Shown here piece after piece: positions 1 to 9,338 of a DNA stretch of 42,721 nt (its first letter is position 1; the number at the start of each line of letters is the position of its first letter). Source of the DNA: a virus (lineage: Duplodnaviria; Heunggongvirae; Uroviricota; Caudoviricetes). Under the pieces are notes generated by a model. That model had not been told where the DNA came from and did not search any database. It saw nothing but the letters and a program-made list of their open reading frames with translations. The position numbers and the translations under genes were made by a program. The stretch lies in the IMG/VR virus record IMGVR_UViG_2703718828_000007; one strand, given 5' to 3'.

Positions 1-1194
1 ATGATCACCGACACAAAGCTCAGGAAGGCGCTCGGCAAGAAAAGAGATGATATCGAGATTATTTCTGATTCGCACGGGCTCAACGCCAGAATCAGCCAGG
101 CCGGAAAAATATCATTTTTCTATCGGTATCGCTGGGCCGGTAAAGCGGTAAAACTCAATGTTGGTGATTATCCTGCAATGAGTATCACCCAGGCAAGAGA
201 GCGTCGCCAACAATTCAGAAACTGGTTAACTGAGGGACTGGATCCGCGAGAGCAGGTGAAGCTGGATAAGCAGACCCGACAGGAAGCGATGTCCGTTGCC
301 GAAGCGTTCAATTACTGGATTGAAAGGCACTGTATCGCTAACGGGCTAGTTAAAGTCGATTACTATCGCCAGGTGTTTGAGAAACATATCGCCGAACCGA
401 TGAAGAATGTCAAAGTCGATAACACAGCGAAAATGCACTGGATCAACGTCTTCGATTCTATAGAAAGCAGGGTGATGGCTCATTACATGCTTTCGCTGTG
501 CAAACGGGCGTTTAGGTTCTGCGTTAACAGAAGTGTGATCGCCTCAAACCCACTCGAGGGATTACTGCCATCTGATGTCGGGCAAAAGCCTAAAAAGAGA
601 ACTCGCAGGATGGACGATGACGATCTGCGCAAAATCTATCAGTGGTTGAAAAGCCATATGTCGATAGAGTCCGTTTTCCTGGTGAAATTTATTATGCTTA
701 CCGGATGCCGTACGGCTGAGATTCGACTTAGTGAGAGATCATGGTTTCGATTGGATGATAATGAGTGGGTCGTGCCTGCGGGCAGTTATAAAACTCGGGT
801 ACATATTAGAAGGGGACTCTCAGACGCCGCCGTTAACCTGGTCAGAAATCACCTCAAGAAAATAAACACCAATCACCTGGTGACTTCACAACGTAAAATT
901 GATGGCGGGATCAAAGATTCGCCCGTTCATTCACCTGTGGCATCCAATTACGCCCGTTCTATTTGGAATGGAACAGGTATGGCAGAGTGGTCGCTTCATG
1001 ATATGAGGCGGACGATAGCCACAAATCTCTCTGAGTTAGGTTGCCCGCCGCACGTAATTGAAAAGCTGCTCGGGCATCAGATGGTGGGGGTTATGGCGCA
1101 TTACAACCTTCATGACTATATCGATGATCAGAAACACTGGCTCCGCGTTTGGCAGAGCCATCTTGAAGAGATCATCGGAGAGCCCTTCAGTTAA
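1..1194 (+). CDS. int: Phage integrase, tyrosine recombinase family
   Basis: 397-aa ORF; C-terminal catalytic signature residues visible (HDMRRT, LLGH, AHY); sits at prophage edge next to excisionase-like gene. Confidence 0.85.
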
Positions 1195-1433
1195 TTTATC
1201 TTCTTTTTATCCTCCCACTCTTTGATTGACTCAGAGCGCCAGCGGTTAGGGTTGCCGGGCCAGTCAGGGGGTGGGAACGGGCATACGAAGCCCCGAGGCA
1301 TTGTGTCTGCACTTTGCCATGACCAAAGGGTTTTGCGTGAAATTTTGTAGCGACTGGTCAGGTCTGACGTTACCAAAATATCATCCATAGCTCTCTCCAG
1401 TTGCCCGTTCGGGCCATTCAAAATCTTTTTCAA
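1191..1433 (-). CDS. AlpA/excisionase-like small DNA-binding protein
   Basis: 80-aa ORF overlapping int stop by 4 nt; [13 protein letters not shown] segment resembles AlpA/Xis HTH; start codon may be internal. Confidence 0.5.
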
Positions 1434-1672
1434 CCAACCTGCCCGGGCAGGGAGCGGAGACGGCGCATGCCGGTCATCGCTGTGGCCACGTAGCTCGCCT
1501 TTCGGTTCACCACCTCCACCCAGACTTTCACGCCTTCAACCTTCACCGTATAAGTCTCTTTCATCTTGCTTCGCCCATAGTCGCCATATGTTTGCAAGTG
1601 AGCTGCCAGCGCGATGTCGCATGCTTGGCGAGCTAAAGGTGATTGCTTACTTCCTCGATTGATCAGTCGCAT
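1430..1672 (-). CDS. Hypothetical small protein (early-left operon)
   Basis: 80-aa ORF with strong AGGAG RBS 7 nt upstream; 4-nt overlap with downstream gene. Confidence 0.35.
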   Translation of the reverse strand: MRLINRGSKQSPLARQACDIALAAHLQTYGDYGRSKMKETYTVKVEGVKVWVEVVNRKASYVATAMTGMRRLRSLPGQVG

Positions 1673-1710
1673 ATAATCTCCTTGAGGGAGGGTTACCCCT
1701 CCCGGTCTCG

Positions 1711-2829
1711 TCAGGCCACGTATTCCGGTTTCATATCCGCCAGGGTGATGCTGAATTGATCGTGCAGTTCATCGCCTAAGTGACGCTTTGAAGATGCAAG
1801 CATGCGCTCGGCTTCAGCGAACCGTTCGGCTGCATGCGGCTCGTCGGGCTGGGGCAGGGATTTAATAGCCTCCTCAACCTTGTTGCGTGCATCCACTAGG
1901 TAATAACGCTTTACGGCTTTGTTTTTCAGCTCGGTGAATAGTGCGGATCCCAGCGTAGCTTTCGCCGTTTCAATGTCGGCACGCAGCGATTTGGCGCTAT
2001 CCACGTCCTGAGCAGATTCGATGCGTTCGCGGAAATCATCGGCAAGAGAGTCGACATTTACCGACGATTCCTGTGCGCTTTGCGTGGTTGTGACGGTGTC
2101 ACCTGAGATATCAGCCAGGCTAACGCGTTGCGGCGTTGGGTTGATCTCTTTTTCTGTGCGCTGTTCAATCTCATCAGGGGTGTACACACCAAGAACAACT
2201 GCAGGGCAATATAGGCGCGCCCAGTATTTGAGTGCCAGATAAGCGATCTGCTGTTTCGGGTTTGATACCCAAAGTGGAGAATTACGTGTGATTACGCTGG
2301 AGAGGAAAACAGGCTCTCCCCAGGTGATATCACTTTCACCGCGAATAACGGCACCTACCCGTACCGACAGTCCTTGTTCATCAGCACTTTCCCAACCGCG
2401 TACCATTTCTTTCTTGTCGTACGTCCCGCCACCTTTCGCAGGCTTTTTAACGGTTATCTCGCGGCTGCTGGCACATTTCGACCAGTCGCCCTCGTACTCA
2501 TAGTGAAAGCGGCCAACGATGGCGTTTGAGCTGGAGATCACCGCATTAACCAGTTGCGCTTCGTATCCCAGGACACCGTTAACCAGGTGCGTCTTTTGCG
2601 CCACGGCGTAAGGGTTCATACCCCACTGCATCGCCTGCATGATGATGGCCATGCAGTCTGCCGGATTGCCGCGGAGGTGCTCAGGCACCGTTACGGCTGC
2701 CTGTGCCATCAACCCGGCGACAGACTGAAGCTGGGTTAAAGCCTGCACGTTGAAAATGGCATTGCTGGCTGAGATCGTGTTTGGAGTCTGCTGTTCAGCG
2801 GTTACGATATTCGTGTTTTCCATCATCAT
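1711..2829 (-). CDS. Single-strand annealing protein, Red-beta/Bet family
   Basis: 372 aa; segments QWGMNPY and PLWVSNPKQQIAYLALKYWARLY resemble lambda Bet (recalled from memory); immediately downstream of exonuclease gene. Confidence 0.6.
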   Translation of the reverse strand: MMMENTNIVTAEQQTPNTISASNAIFNVQALTQLQSVAGLMAQAAVTVPEHLRGNPADCMAIIMQAMQWGMNPYAVAQKTHLVNGVLGYEAQLVNAVISSSNAIVGRFHYEYEGDWSKCASSREITVKKPAKGGGTYDKKEMVRGWESADEQGLSVRVGAVIRGESDITWGEPVFLSSVITRNSPLWVSNPKQQIAYLALKYWARLYCPAVVLGVYTPDEIEQRTEKEINPTPQRVSLADISGDTVTTTQSAQESSVNVDSLADDFRERIESAQDVDSAKSLRADIETAKATLGSALFTELKNKAVKRYYLVDARNKVEEAIKSLPQPDEPHAAERFAEAERMLASSKRHLGDELHDQFSITLADMKPEYVA

Positions 2830-2834
2830 TCCCC

Positions 2835-5800
2835 TTATGCCTGAGTACGCAGCGCTTCAAGGCGGCGCAGGTCGAAGTCGTTCAGTTCGTCGGTGTAGTC
2901 AGCAGTGATTGGCGCTGGCCATTCACCTGTGTCGAATCCGGTTGCGATATTGCGCATCGCTTTGCGGTACTCGAGCATACCCAGCTCCAGTAGTTCAGCG
3001 GATGCCTCGATGATGGCGATCCAGTGGTAGTTCTCGTCTTTGTTGACGAAAATCCAGAAGAACTGATCCAGCGCTGCGGTTTCGCAGTACATAGCCGCGC
3101 TCAGGTGATAATCACGTTCAATAATTTCCCGGTGTAGCCTGGCGCGCAGGCTTTCCTGCTTAACATTCCACATGCTGATGGTTTTCAGGTCTGCACCTAT
3201 ACGCACGCCATCCAGGTCGATCTCAAGGTCAGGGCGCACACGAACTTCCAAGCCCGTCTCCTCGTCAAAACCAAAGTAGCTCACCTCAACGGCTCGGCTA
3301 GGGTGGGTCAGCAGCATGCCGGCGGTCGGGTGTGCCAGAAGCGCTTTTTGAATATTCAGCGCGGTGCTCAGCTGCTGGCGGGTGACCAGCACTTTTCCTT
3401 CCGGGTTATCGCGCCAGGCATCCAGCAGTTCGTCGGCAAATACGGCATCTGGTTTGACTGCCTTTACGGCCTGGATCATGTCTGCTTTGGTACCGGACAC
3501 TTTCAGTGGTGCCGGTTTCTGTGCTTCCTGAGCCACAAGGTCAGGGTTGATGATTGCCAACTGCTCCAGCAGCGCGTCACGGCTGCCGCTGGTTTTAACC
3601 GGCGGCGGCAGGGTGGCGTTGTACTCTTTAATGCATGCCTTCATTGCCGTCGCCGTCTGCTTCTGGTCACCATCAATACGCTGGAAGTCAGCTGGCAGCG
3701 CCATATAGTTCTGTGCCGTTTCTTCCAGGTTAGCGCCAAGCGGAACCTGCGGCGGCAGGGTGGCGTTGTACTCTTCCAGTAACACCTTGATGTCGTCGGC
3801 AGACAGCAGCGCCGGCAGGCTGGCATTGTGCTCATCGATAAAGGCGCGCAGGGTCGCGGCCGTTGTGAATGCGCCTTCAGGGATCACCGGTTCAACGCTG
3901 AATTCTGCGTCCAGTAGTTCAGGCTGCAACGCCAGCGCATGCACCAAGTTGCCCATGTCCAGCACCGCTGAGCGCTCTTTGACGATGGTTTTCTCTACGT
4001 GGCGCGCATTGAAGTACATCAGCGAAACGCGCGCATCTTTCACCTGGGTTGAGCTGATGCCGTTGGCGGCGTGGTAAACCTCGTTTGGCAGCCCTTCATA
4101 GCGGCCTGGCTCGAAATAAGCGGGATAAACAACAGCTGGTTCGTCAGATTGCGCTTCTGGCTCGGTTTGTGCTGCAACTGGTTCGGTTTGGCTTACAGAA
4201 TCGCTATTTTTGGCGACAGAATCCGTATTCTGGTTTACATCGTCCTTCTGGCTGGTATCTGACTCTTCACCAGACTCCAGACTGCTTTCGCCTGGCTGTA
4301 CTTCATCACCAGCTTGTTTTTCATCACTGACAGTTTCTTGAACCTGCACATTGCTGGTGGTCTCCGTAGCCTTTTTCGTGCCATGAGTTGCTGAGTTCTG
4401 CAGCAAAGCCGTAACGTCGAATATTCCGTTGCCGACATTTTTAACCAGTTCTTGTTCGACTTTCTGCGGTTGTGCTGCCGCTTCCTCTGCGCGGCGGCGT
4501 GCTCCTTCTTCACGCACGCGTTGCAGGTTCTCTTCGTGAGTGCAGAAGGATTTGCGCGGAGACTCCTTACCTTCAGGTTGGGGAATTTCCTGTGCTGCGG
4601 GTTCAGCCTCATGCAACGGCAATAACTCGACCGCGGAATTGAACGCGGCTGTCATGGTCTGGTTAACAAATTCCAGGTGAGCGACAGGAGTTAAATGAAT
4701 ATTTTCCGGTGCGATACGTACCAGGTTAAAAATAGCCGTGCGGTTAACACCCAGAACGCCTGGCTGATTGCGCAGGATGTTGCTCCATGATTTCCATGGT
4801 TCTTCTTTTTTGGTCACGATTTCTTTAGCGCGACGAAGAATGCTGCCCGGGATCTCGAAGTGGTTGAAGTCCATAGGCAGAAGGGCACACGCAATCTCTA
4901 AATCGAGAGTGTCCAGTGTGTGGTGTGCGTCAGGTCCACGGTCAGTGACGTAACCGCCGTCGGCATTAGTGCCGGAATCAGTACGCTGCACACTACTGAT
5001 GCGATTACCGGCGGCCCATTCGCGAACGAGGATACCGCGGTCGATGTGATCTGTAGCGAACCACAATTTCAAAAACTGGATTAAGGTTGCGAGTTCAGGG
5101 ATTTTTCCATCGACAGGGAAGACTTTCTTAACGGCATTCACGACTTTATGAATATCGTGCTCAATGGCTTTTTTGAATGCTTCCACATTCTCAGCTGCCA
5201 GCAGCAGGTTCTGGACGTACGCGTCATCGGTGTCCATCTCAAGGCGGACAATCTCATTTTTCTGCCCTGCGTCGATGTGATAGAGATATTCACCATCACC
5301 GATGAACTGAGCCAGTACGCGCTGGCGGAATGGCAGGGTGGCAACAACGATCAGGTTCGGTTGCTGTGTCTGCTGGGATTGCTCTTCGGTATCGACTTCA
5401 CCATCAACGACGCCACCTTCTGCCCGGCCGTTCTCGTCGGTCTGGATACCGTCCTCAACAGTGAGATCTTGACCCGTTGTAACGTCAGCAGCGTTGCTGG
5501 TTTCAGTTTTGAGCAACTGCAACTTACCACTGCGCCAGTCTTCTACCAGTTGATTGCGGTCACCGGCATCGGTGTTCACCCAGTCAGACATGAATGCAGC
5601 GATCAATCTTGGTTCGTGCTCTTCGTCTGGTGTGAAAATGTCCTTAACCGCCCGAATCATTTTCCACTCAGCATTCAGGCTGAGTTTGGCGGTCGCGGGC
5701 ACATCGTTCCTTGCCACAAGCAGGCTATGGAGATATGTATTGCCTTCATCCAGTGACATTTCGCTGGCAGCCAACTGCTGCTCTTTAGTGACGTGGGTTT

Positions 5801-6224
5801 GGTATTTATCGTTCATCAGATGGACGGCAAAGCGGACCGCTGGAGTACGGTTTTCAACCGGGACAATTTCGGACGCAGTCGCATCTTCAACGATTACGGT
5901 CGGAGTAGGTGTGTAGGGGGCGTAAACGGAACCAGTAGACACACCAGCGGCTTTTGGCAGCCAGGTGCGCCCATCGTCCTGAAGCTCGTAGCGATCACAC
6001 CAGGTAAAATCAACTTCACCTTCTTTCGGCAGGCCGTCGACAACTGGGAAATCAGTGCGAATCGGTTTGGCGTAGTCCTTACCCCGACCTGTTTCGATAC
6101 CTGCATCTTCCAGCGCAACATCCAGCATCAGATTGGCGCGAGCCTCGGTTTTAGCAGTGAACCAGACCACTGCATCTTGCTTTCCGGATTTCTGAGTGGC
6201 TTTAACCACATTAAAGAATTCCAT
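2835..6224 (-). CDS. Large RecE-like exonuclease (exonuclease VIII family) with repeat-containing linker
   Basis: 1129-aa ORF, gene order exonuclease then annealing protein as in Rac recE-recT; C-terminal region has nuclease-like character; internal (E/N)(H/Y)NA(S/T)LP repeats. Confidence 0.55.
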   Translation of the reverse strand: MEFFNVVKATQKSGKQDAVVWFTAKTEARANLMLDVALEDAGIETGRGKDYAKPIRTDFPVVDGLPKEGEVDFTWCDRYELQDDGRTWLPKAAGVSTGSVYAPYTPTPTVIVEDATASEIVPVENRTPAVRFAVHLMNDKYQTHVTKEQQLAASEMSLDEGNTYLHSLLVARNDVPATAKLSLNAEWKMIRAVKDIFTPDEEHEPRLIAAFMSDWVNTDAGDRNQLVEDWRSGKLQLLKTETSNAADVTTGQDLTVEDGIQTDENGRAEGGVVDGEVDTEEQSQQTQQPNLIVVATLPFRQRVLAQFIGDGEYLYHIDAGQKNEIVRLEMDTDDAYVQNLLLAAENVEAFKKAIEHDIHKVVNAVKKVFPVDGKIPELATLIQFLKLWFATDHIDRGILVREWAAGNRISSVQRTDSGTNADGGYVTDRGPDAHHTLDTLDLEIACALLPMDFNHFEIPGSILRRAKEIVTKKEEPWKSWSNILRNQPGVLGVNRTAIFNLVRIAPENIHLTPVAHLEFVNQTMTAAFNSAVELLPLHEAEPAAQEIPQPEGKESPRKSFCTHEENLQRVREEGARRRAEEAAAQPQKVEQELVKNVGNGIFDVTALLQNSATHGTKKATETTSNVQVQETVSDEKQAGDEVQPGESSLESGEESDTSQKDDVNQNTDSVAKNSDSVSQTEPVAAQTEPEAQSDEPAVVYPAYFEPGRYEGLPNEVYHAANGISSTQVKDARVSLMYFNARHVEKTIVKERSAVLDMGNLVHALALQPELLDAEFSVEPVIPEGAFTTAATLRAFIDEHNASLPALLSADDIKVLLEEYNATLPPQVPLGANLEETAQNYMALPADFQRIDGDQKQTATAMKACIKEYNATLPPPVKTSGSRDALLEQLAIINPDLVAQEAQKPAPLKVSGTKADMIQAVKAVKPDAVFADELLDAWRDNPEGKVLVTRQQLSTALNIQKALLAHPTAGMLLTHPSRAVEVSYFGFDEETGLEVRVRPDLEIDLDGVRIGADLKTISMWNVKQESLRARLHREIIERDYHLSAAMYCETAALDQFFWIFVNKDENYHWIAIIEASAELLELGMLEYRKAMRNIATGFDTGEWPAPITADYTDELNDFDLRRLEALRTQA

Positions 6225-6363
6225 GTGAGATCCTCATTTTTGGGTGTTAGAATCCCCGGACCATTGATAGCGCCCATTGGGTTAACTTTGGTTTTAATGT
6301 TGTTTCCGGTGTAACTTTGGTCGGTACCACCGGACGTAGATCCCGCCTTGCGCGGGTTTTACG

Positions 6364-6525
6364 TTAGCCTTCGTGAGCCATCTGGTCGTGCGAAGCGCAA
6401 CGTTTGGAGCAATACTCTTTTTCTTTGCGCGCCAGCTGTGAGCCGTTGCGATAGAGAAGGGTGCTCTTGATTACTTCCTCCGTTTTAACCGGCTTGCCGC
6501 AATATCCGCATTTCTTGTCTAACAT
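6364..6525 (-). CDS. Small zinc-ribbon protein, YdaE-like (53 aa), not in ORF track
   Basis: Hand-translated MLDKKCGYCGKPVKTEEVIKSTLLYRNGSQLARKEKEYCSKRCASHDQMAHEG; CxxC...CxxxC; GGAGG RBS 6 nt upstream; Rac ydaE position. Confidence 0.45.
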   Translation of the reverse strand: MLDKKCGYCGKPVKTEEVIKSTLLYRNGSQLARKEKEYCSKRCASHDQMAHEG

Positions 6526-6536
6526 GACATCCTCCG

Positions 6537-6887
6537 CTAGTGGCTGAGTCCATGCCCCAGACCGTTCAGATAAACTTCAACCAGCAAATCCTTGGTGTAA
6601 GTCATTTCTACGCCGCGATGCAGATACAAACGTCCGCGAGCGTTAGCTGATGCCGTCCAGGTTGAGTCTTTGTGTTTGACGAGCATCCCCGGCTGAACTG
6701 CGCCGCGGTTTACTGTCTGTGTACCGTAGTGCTGATGAACCATGATGTTCTCCAGTTTTTCTGAGTGAACTTCGCTGGTGATGCCGCGGCGCTGATCTTC
6801 ACGGTTGAGCGTTTTAACTCTGCAATTCACCACCGCGAAGCTCACTCTGTGCTTTGCCCTTGTCGCCAGGCTGGCGGAACGTTTCAA
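6537..6887 (-). CDS. Hypothetical protein, first gene of leftward early operon (possibly Kil-like; true start may be internal)
   Basis: 116-aa ORF directly downstream of PL-like promoter. Confidence 0.35.
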   Translation of the reverse strand: MKRSASLATRAKHRVSFAVVNCRVKTLNREDQRRGITSEVHSEKLENIMVHQHYGTQTVNRGAVQPGMLVKHKDSTWTASANARGRLYLHRGVEMTYTKDLLVEVYLNGLGHGLSH

Positions 6888-6986
6888 ACCTACTGCGCGT
6901 TAATCTCACCACCTCATTCCGGTCTTCGTATGCCCCGGACAGCTTCTTCGTGGGCGTCCTGCTTTGGTGGTTGTGTTGATGGAGTA

Positions 6987-7015
6987 ATTAAACACAATGT
7001 TTATTTACGTGTCAA
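6987..7015 (-). promoter_or_regulatory. PL-like leftward early promoter with overlapping operator half-sites
   Basis: Minus strand reads TTGACA, 17-nt spacer, TTTAAT; near-copy of the PR element at 9047-9075; palindromic AACA..TGTT motifs overlap. Confidence 0.45.
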
Positions 7016-7127
7016 CATAATGAGTGTTTTTATATAAACAAAAAGTTTAGTTGGTTGCGCTCGTTGGCACGAGTAGTATGTTTTGTGGTCTATTTTGTGG
7101 TTATAAAAAAATCGATGAGGGTGAGTT

Positions 7128-7334
7128 ATGGATCGTGACGAACTGGAAGAAGACCGCGCAGCGTTTATTGCGGGGGAGATTGGTGGCGCAGTTGTCAGTC
7201 TGATAGCTAACGGGATTGTGATCAGCCGCGATGCGATTGTGGATAGTCTAGAGGCTAAGCGCAGGGTAGTGGGAAACGTCATTCACAAGTGGGTATTGCG
7301 GGATGCGGCTGCTATGGTGAGAAAAGGGCAATAA
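7128..7334 (+). CDS. Hypothetical small protein (68 aa)
   Basis: ORF with GAGGGTGAG RBS; convergent with the repressor operon; followed by hairpin. Confidence 0.4.
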   Translation: MDRDELEEDRAAFIAGEIGGAVVSLIANGIVISRDAIVDSLEAKRRVVGNVIHKWVLRDAAAMVRKGQ

Positions 7335-7336
7335 AA

Positions 7337-7358
7337 AACCCAGTTCGGTAACTGGGTT
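7337..7358. terminator. Bidirectional hairpin terminator between convergent genes
   Basis: Perfect 9-bp stem AACCCAGTT/AACTGGGTT with 4-nt loop, A-run upstream and T-rich tract downstream. Confidence 0.45.
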
Positions 7359-7364
7359 ATTGCT

Positions 7365-7823
7365 TTATTCAACAGATGATGGGGGGGTCGGTGCTTTCTT
7401 AAAGATCGACCACTGAGAAATGTAGGTCAGCAACCTTGAGCTTAACTCGAGTTCTTTTTGTAATATTTCGTCATAACGTTTTTTTGCTGCTTGCATGGTC
7501 GCATCACTAGCGTGATTGTCATCCATAATGATCTTTAGCCTTTTCTTTTCTCGGCTTGAGCATATTGTAAATAACAGACCTGTAAATGACATTCCACCAA
7601 AATCCTTTAACGTTTTGATTACAAAAAGAAGAATCAAAGACAGAAAAGGAACAGATCTGTAGGCCCAATCACGAAACTCACCGTCAGGAAAGAAGATAGG
7701 AATAGCATCTGTAGCATAACCACATATGAGGGAGACAATTAGAAAAGGTAGTCCATTTTTAGCTACATTTTTAACGTTATCGTTAGCCATGATTTTTTCC
7801 CGAGAACGATTTCGAGTCAACAT
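7365..7823 (-). CDS. Small membrane protein (152 aa), third gene of repressor-linked cassette; SieB-like role possible
   Basis: Hydrophobic segments LPFLIVSLICGYATDAIPIFF and VPFLSLILLFVIKTL; start may be the internal MANDN Met. Confidence 0.5.
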   Translation of the reverse strand: MLTRNRSREKIMANDNVKNVAKNGLPFLIVSLICGYATDAIPIFFPDGEFRDWAYRSVPFLSLILLFVIKTLKDFGGMSFTGLLFTICSSREKKRLKIIMDDNHASDATMQAAKKRYDEILQKELELSSRLLTYISQWSIFKKAPTPPSSVE

Positions 7824-8166
7824 GTAACTTTTGTGTTTTGACTACATAATACGCAAATCCAATCTTAACTAACCAATAAGCTACTGGTATGAGTGCTGCG
7901 TAAAGAGGGATATAGTACATAACCTTACCTCCTGTTAACCACACTATAACACCTAGCATCACTATTAGCGCGACAGAAAATGCTTTCAGCCCAACACAGC
8001 TATCAGGATGTGAAACACTGTTCCTTAGCAACAATATCCTGGATTCATCAAGTGTGTAAGGAATATCGCCAACATGATTTTCGATTTTTGGGAAGGTCTC
8101 AAATACTTCAACCCGATCAATCGAAATAATTGAGCTTGATTGATGATCTAAGCAAACTGCAGCCAC
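7783..8166 (-). CDS. Small membrane protein (127 aa), second gene of repressor-linked cassette
   Basis: Two predicted TM segments (AFSVALIVMLGVIVWL, IPLYAALIPVAYWLVKIGFAYYVV); 2-nt gap to upstream gene. Confidence 0.5.
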   Translation of the reverse strand: MAAVCLDHQSSSIISIDRVEVFETFPKIENHVGDIPYTLDESRILLLRNSVSHPDSCVGLKAFSVALIVMLGVIVWLTGGKVMYYIPLYAALIPVAYWLVKIGFAYYVVKTQKLHVDSKSFSGKNHG

Positions 8167-8168
8167 TG

Positions 8169-8504
8169 TTATCCCTCTCGAACCTTTAGTGATACTCGGT
8201 TAGCAGCAAATGTGGCAATGAAACCACATTCTACACATATAACAGGGAATGCCCATATACCTCGGCCAGCTGAATGAGGTAGAGGAAGGGTAATTATTGC
8301 AGGATAGTCTTGACTATCTTCTCGTGGAGGAACTCCCCAAAGCGTATGCTTACAAAGCGGACAGGCCATCTCGCCATGTTTTTCTTCGAGGCGTTGAAAA
8401 TAATCTCGAAATTCTTGTCTTGATATTGATAGCGTCAATGCTGTTGTATTGACACTTTCCTGACTTTTTTCTTCTTCAACCTGTTCGCCCATCTCAGCTC
8501 TCAA
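8169..8504 (-). CDS. Zinc-ribbon protein (111 aa), first gene downstream of repressor
   Basis: CPLC ... CVEC motif pair; co-oriented with repressor gene, 99-nt gap. Confidence 0.5.
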   Translation of the reverse strand: MRAEMGEQVEEEKSQESVNTTALTLSISRQEFRDYFQRLEEKHGEMACPLCKHTLWGVPPREDSQDYPAIITLPLPHSAGRGIWAFPVICVECGFIATFAANRVSLKVREG

Positions 8505-8603
8505 TATAATGATAATTAACTGGTAAGTGAATTTTGCATATCGTTAAGATGTATCCCATTGGTACAGAAACATCTGAGGGGTAAGTAGCTTTTAACTACC
8601 GTG

Positions 8604-8999
8604 CTACTCACCATCCCCCTTAATCCGCCGTCCCATGTACTTGGCGTACAGTTCATCGAGTTCTTTCAACCGTAGAGATACGATCCGCAACATGTTCTGT
8701 TGTTCTTCTTCGTTTGGGAGTTGATTATAGAGTTCCAACAGTCTCCGTTCGTCGTGTCTCAAACCGTCCTTAGCATCCACGTCCTGACCTAGAACCCACT
8801 CAAGACTTACGCCTAGCGCATCGGCAAGTTTTATTGCTGAGCTTTTTCCTATCGCTCCTCTGACAAACCAGTTGTTGACTGATTGTGCGCTCACACCACA
8901 GATTCTCGCTATATCCGCTTTGGATATGCGCTTCTTCTCGATGATTTCATTTAACCGCCGAACCTGCGGGTTATCTGTTTGGTGTGTGTTTTTTCTCAT
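8604..8999 (-). CDS. Prophage repressor, XRE-family HTH (cI/RacR-like)
   Basis: 131 aa; HTH segment ISKADIARICGVSAQSVNNW; divergent from Cro-like gene; start at transcription start of PRM-like promoter. Confidence 0.7.
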   Translation of the reverse strand: MRKNTHQTDNPQVRRLNEIIEKKRISKADIARICGVSAQSVNNWFVRGAIGKSSAIKLADALGVSLEWVLGQDVDAKDGLRHDERRLLELYNQLPNEEEQQNMLRIVSLRLKELDELYAKYMGRRIKGDGE

Positions 9000-9007
9000 A
9001 TATCAAG

Positions 9008-9035
9008 ATTCTAAACTAAAAGTTTATCGCCTCAA
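9008..9035 (-). promoter_or_regulatory. PRM-like repressor maintenance promoter
   Basis: Minus strand TTGAGG, 16-nt spacer, TAGAAT; predicted start coincides with repressor ATG (leaderless, as lambda PRM). Confidence 0.4.
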
Positions 9036-9046
9036 CATTCATAATG

Positions 9047-9075
9047 TTGACTTGAACATAAACATAATGTTTAAT
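9047..9075 (+). promoter_or_regulatory. PR-like rightward early promoter with overlapping operator palindromes
   Basis: TTGACT, 17-nt spacer, TTTAAT; inverted repeats TCAACATT-CAT-AATGTTGA (9032-9050) and AAACAT-A-ATGTTT (9060-9072) overlap -35 and -10. Confidence 0.45.
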
Positions 9076-9102
9076 TTGGTTCGTTATTACTTGGAGCCAA
9101 AT

Positions 9103-9336
9103 ATGAAAGCACTTGATAAAGCAATATGCATCGTAGGGGGTGCAACCCGTTTAGCAGAAAAGCTCAATGTATCCCCAATGACGGTCAGTCACTGGCGTCA
9201 CCGTGACAATGGATTCGTACCGGCTAACCGTGTCATTCCTATTTTCAATGCTACAGGTGTAACTCCACATGAGTTACGCCCTGATTTGTACCTCAACCCT
9301 ACGGATGGATTACCGGCTCAGGAAGCGAGGGCATAA
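9103..9336 (+). CDS. Cro/YdaS-like small HTH regulator
   Basis: 77 aa from internal Met of track ORF 8872-9336; GGAG RBS 6 nt upstream; HTH-like ATRLAEKLNVSPMTVSHW. Confidence 0.6.
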   Translation: MKALDKAICIVGGATRLAEKLNVSPMTVSHWRHRDNGFVPANRVIPIFNATGVTPHELRPDLYLNPTDGLPAQEARA

Positions 9337-9338
9337 CC

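Noticed and set aside
1686-1703. GGGAGGG-TTAC-CCCTCCC hairpin as a terminator
   Set aside because: No T-run on either strand; it sits between two co-transcribed minus-strand genes, more likely an mRNA structural element
3303-6314. Many plus-strand ORFs of 60-200 aa overlapping the large minus-strand exonuclease gene
   Set aside because: Entirely nested in the antisense strand of a long well-supported ORF; low-complexity translations; typical shadow ORFs
8872-9102. N-terminal extension of the Cro-like ORF through the promoter-operator region
   Set aside because: Would cover the divergent promoters and operators; good RBS and HTH begin at ATG 9103
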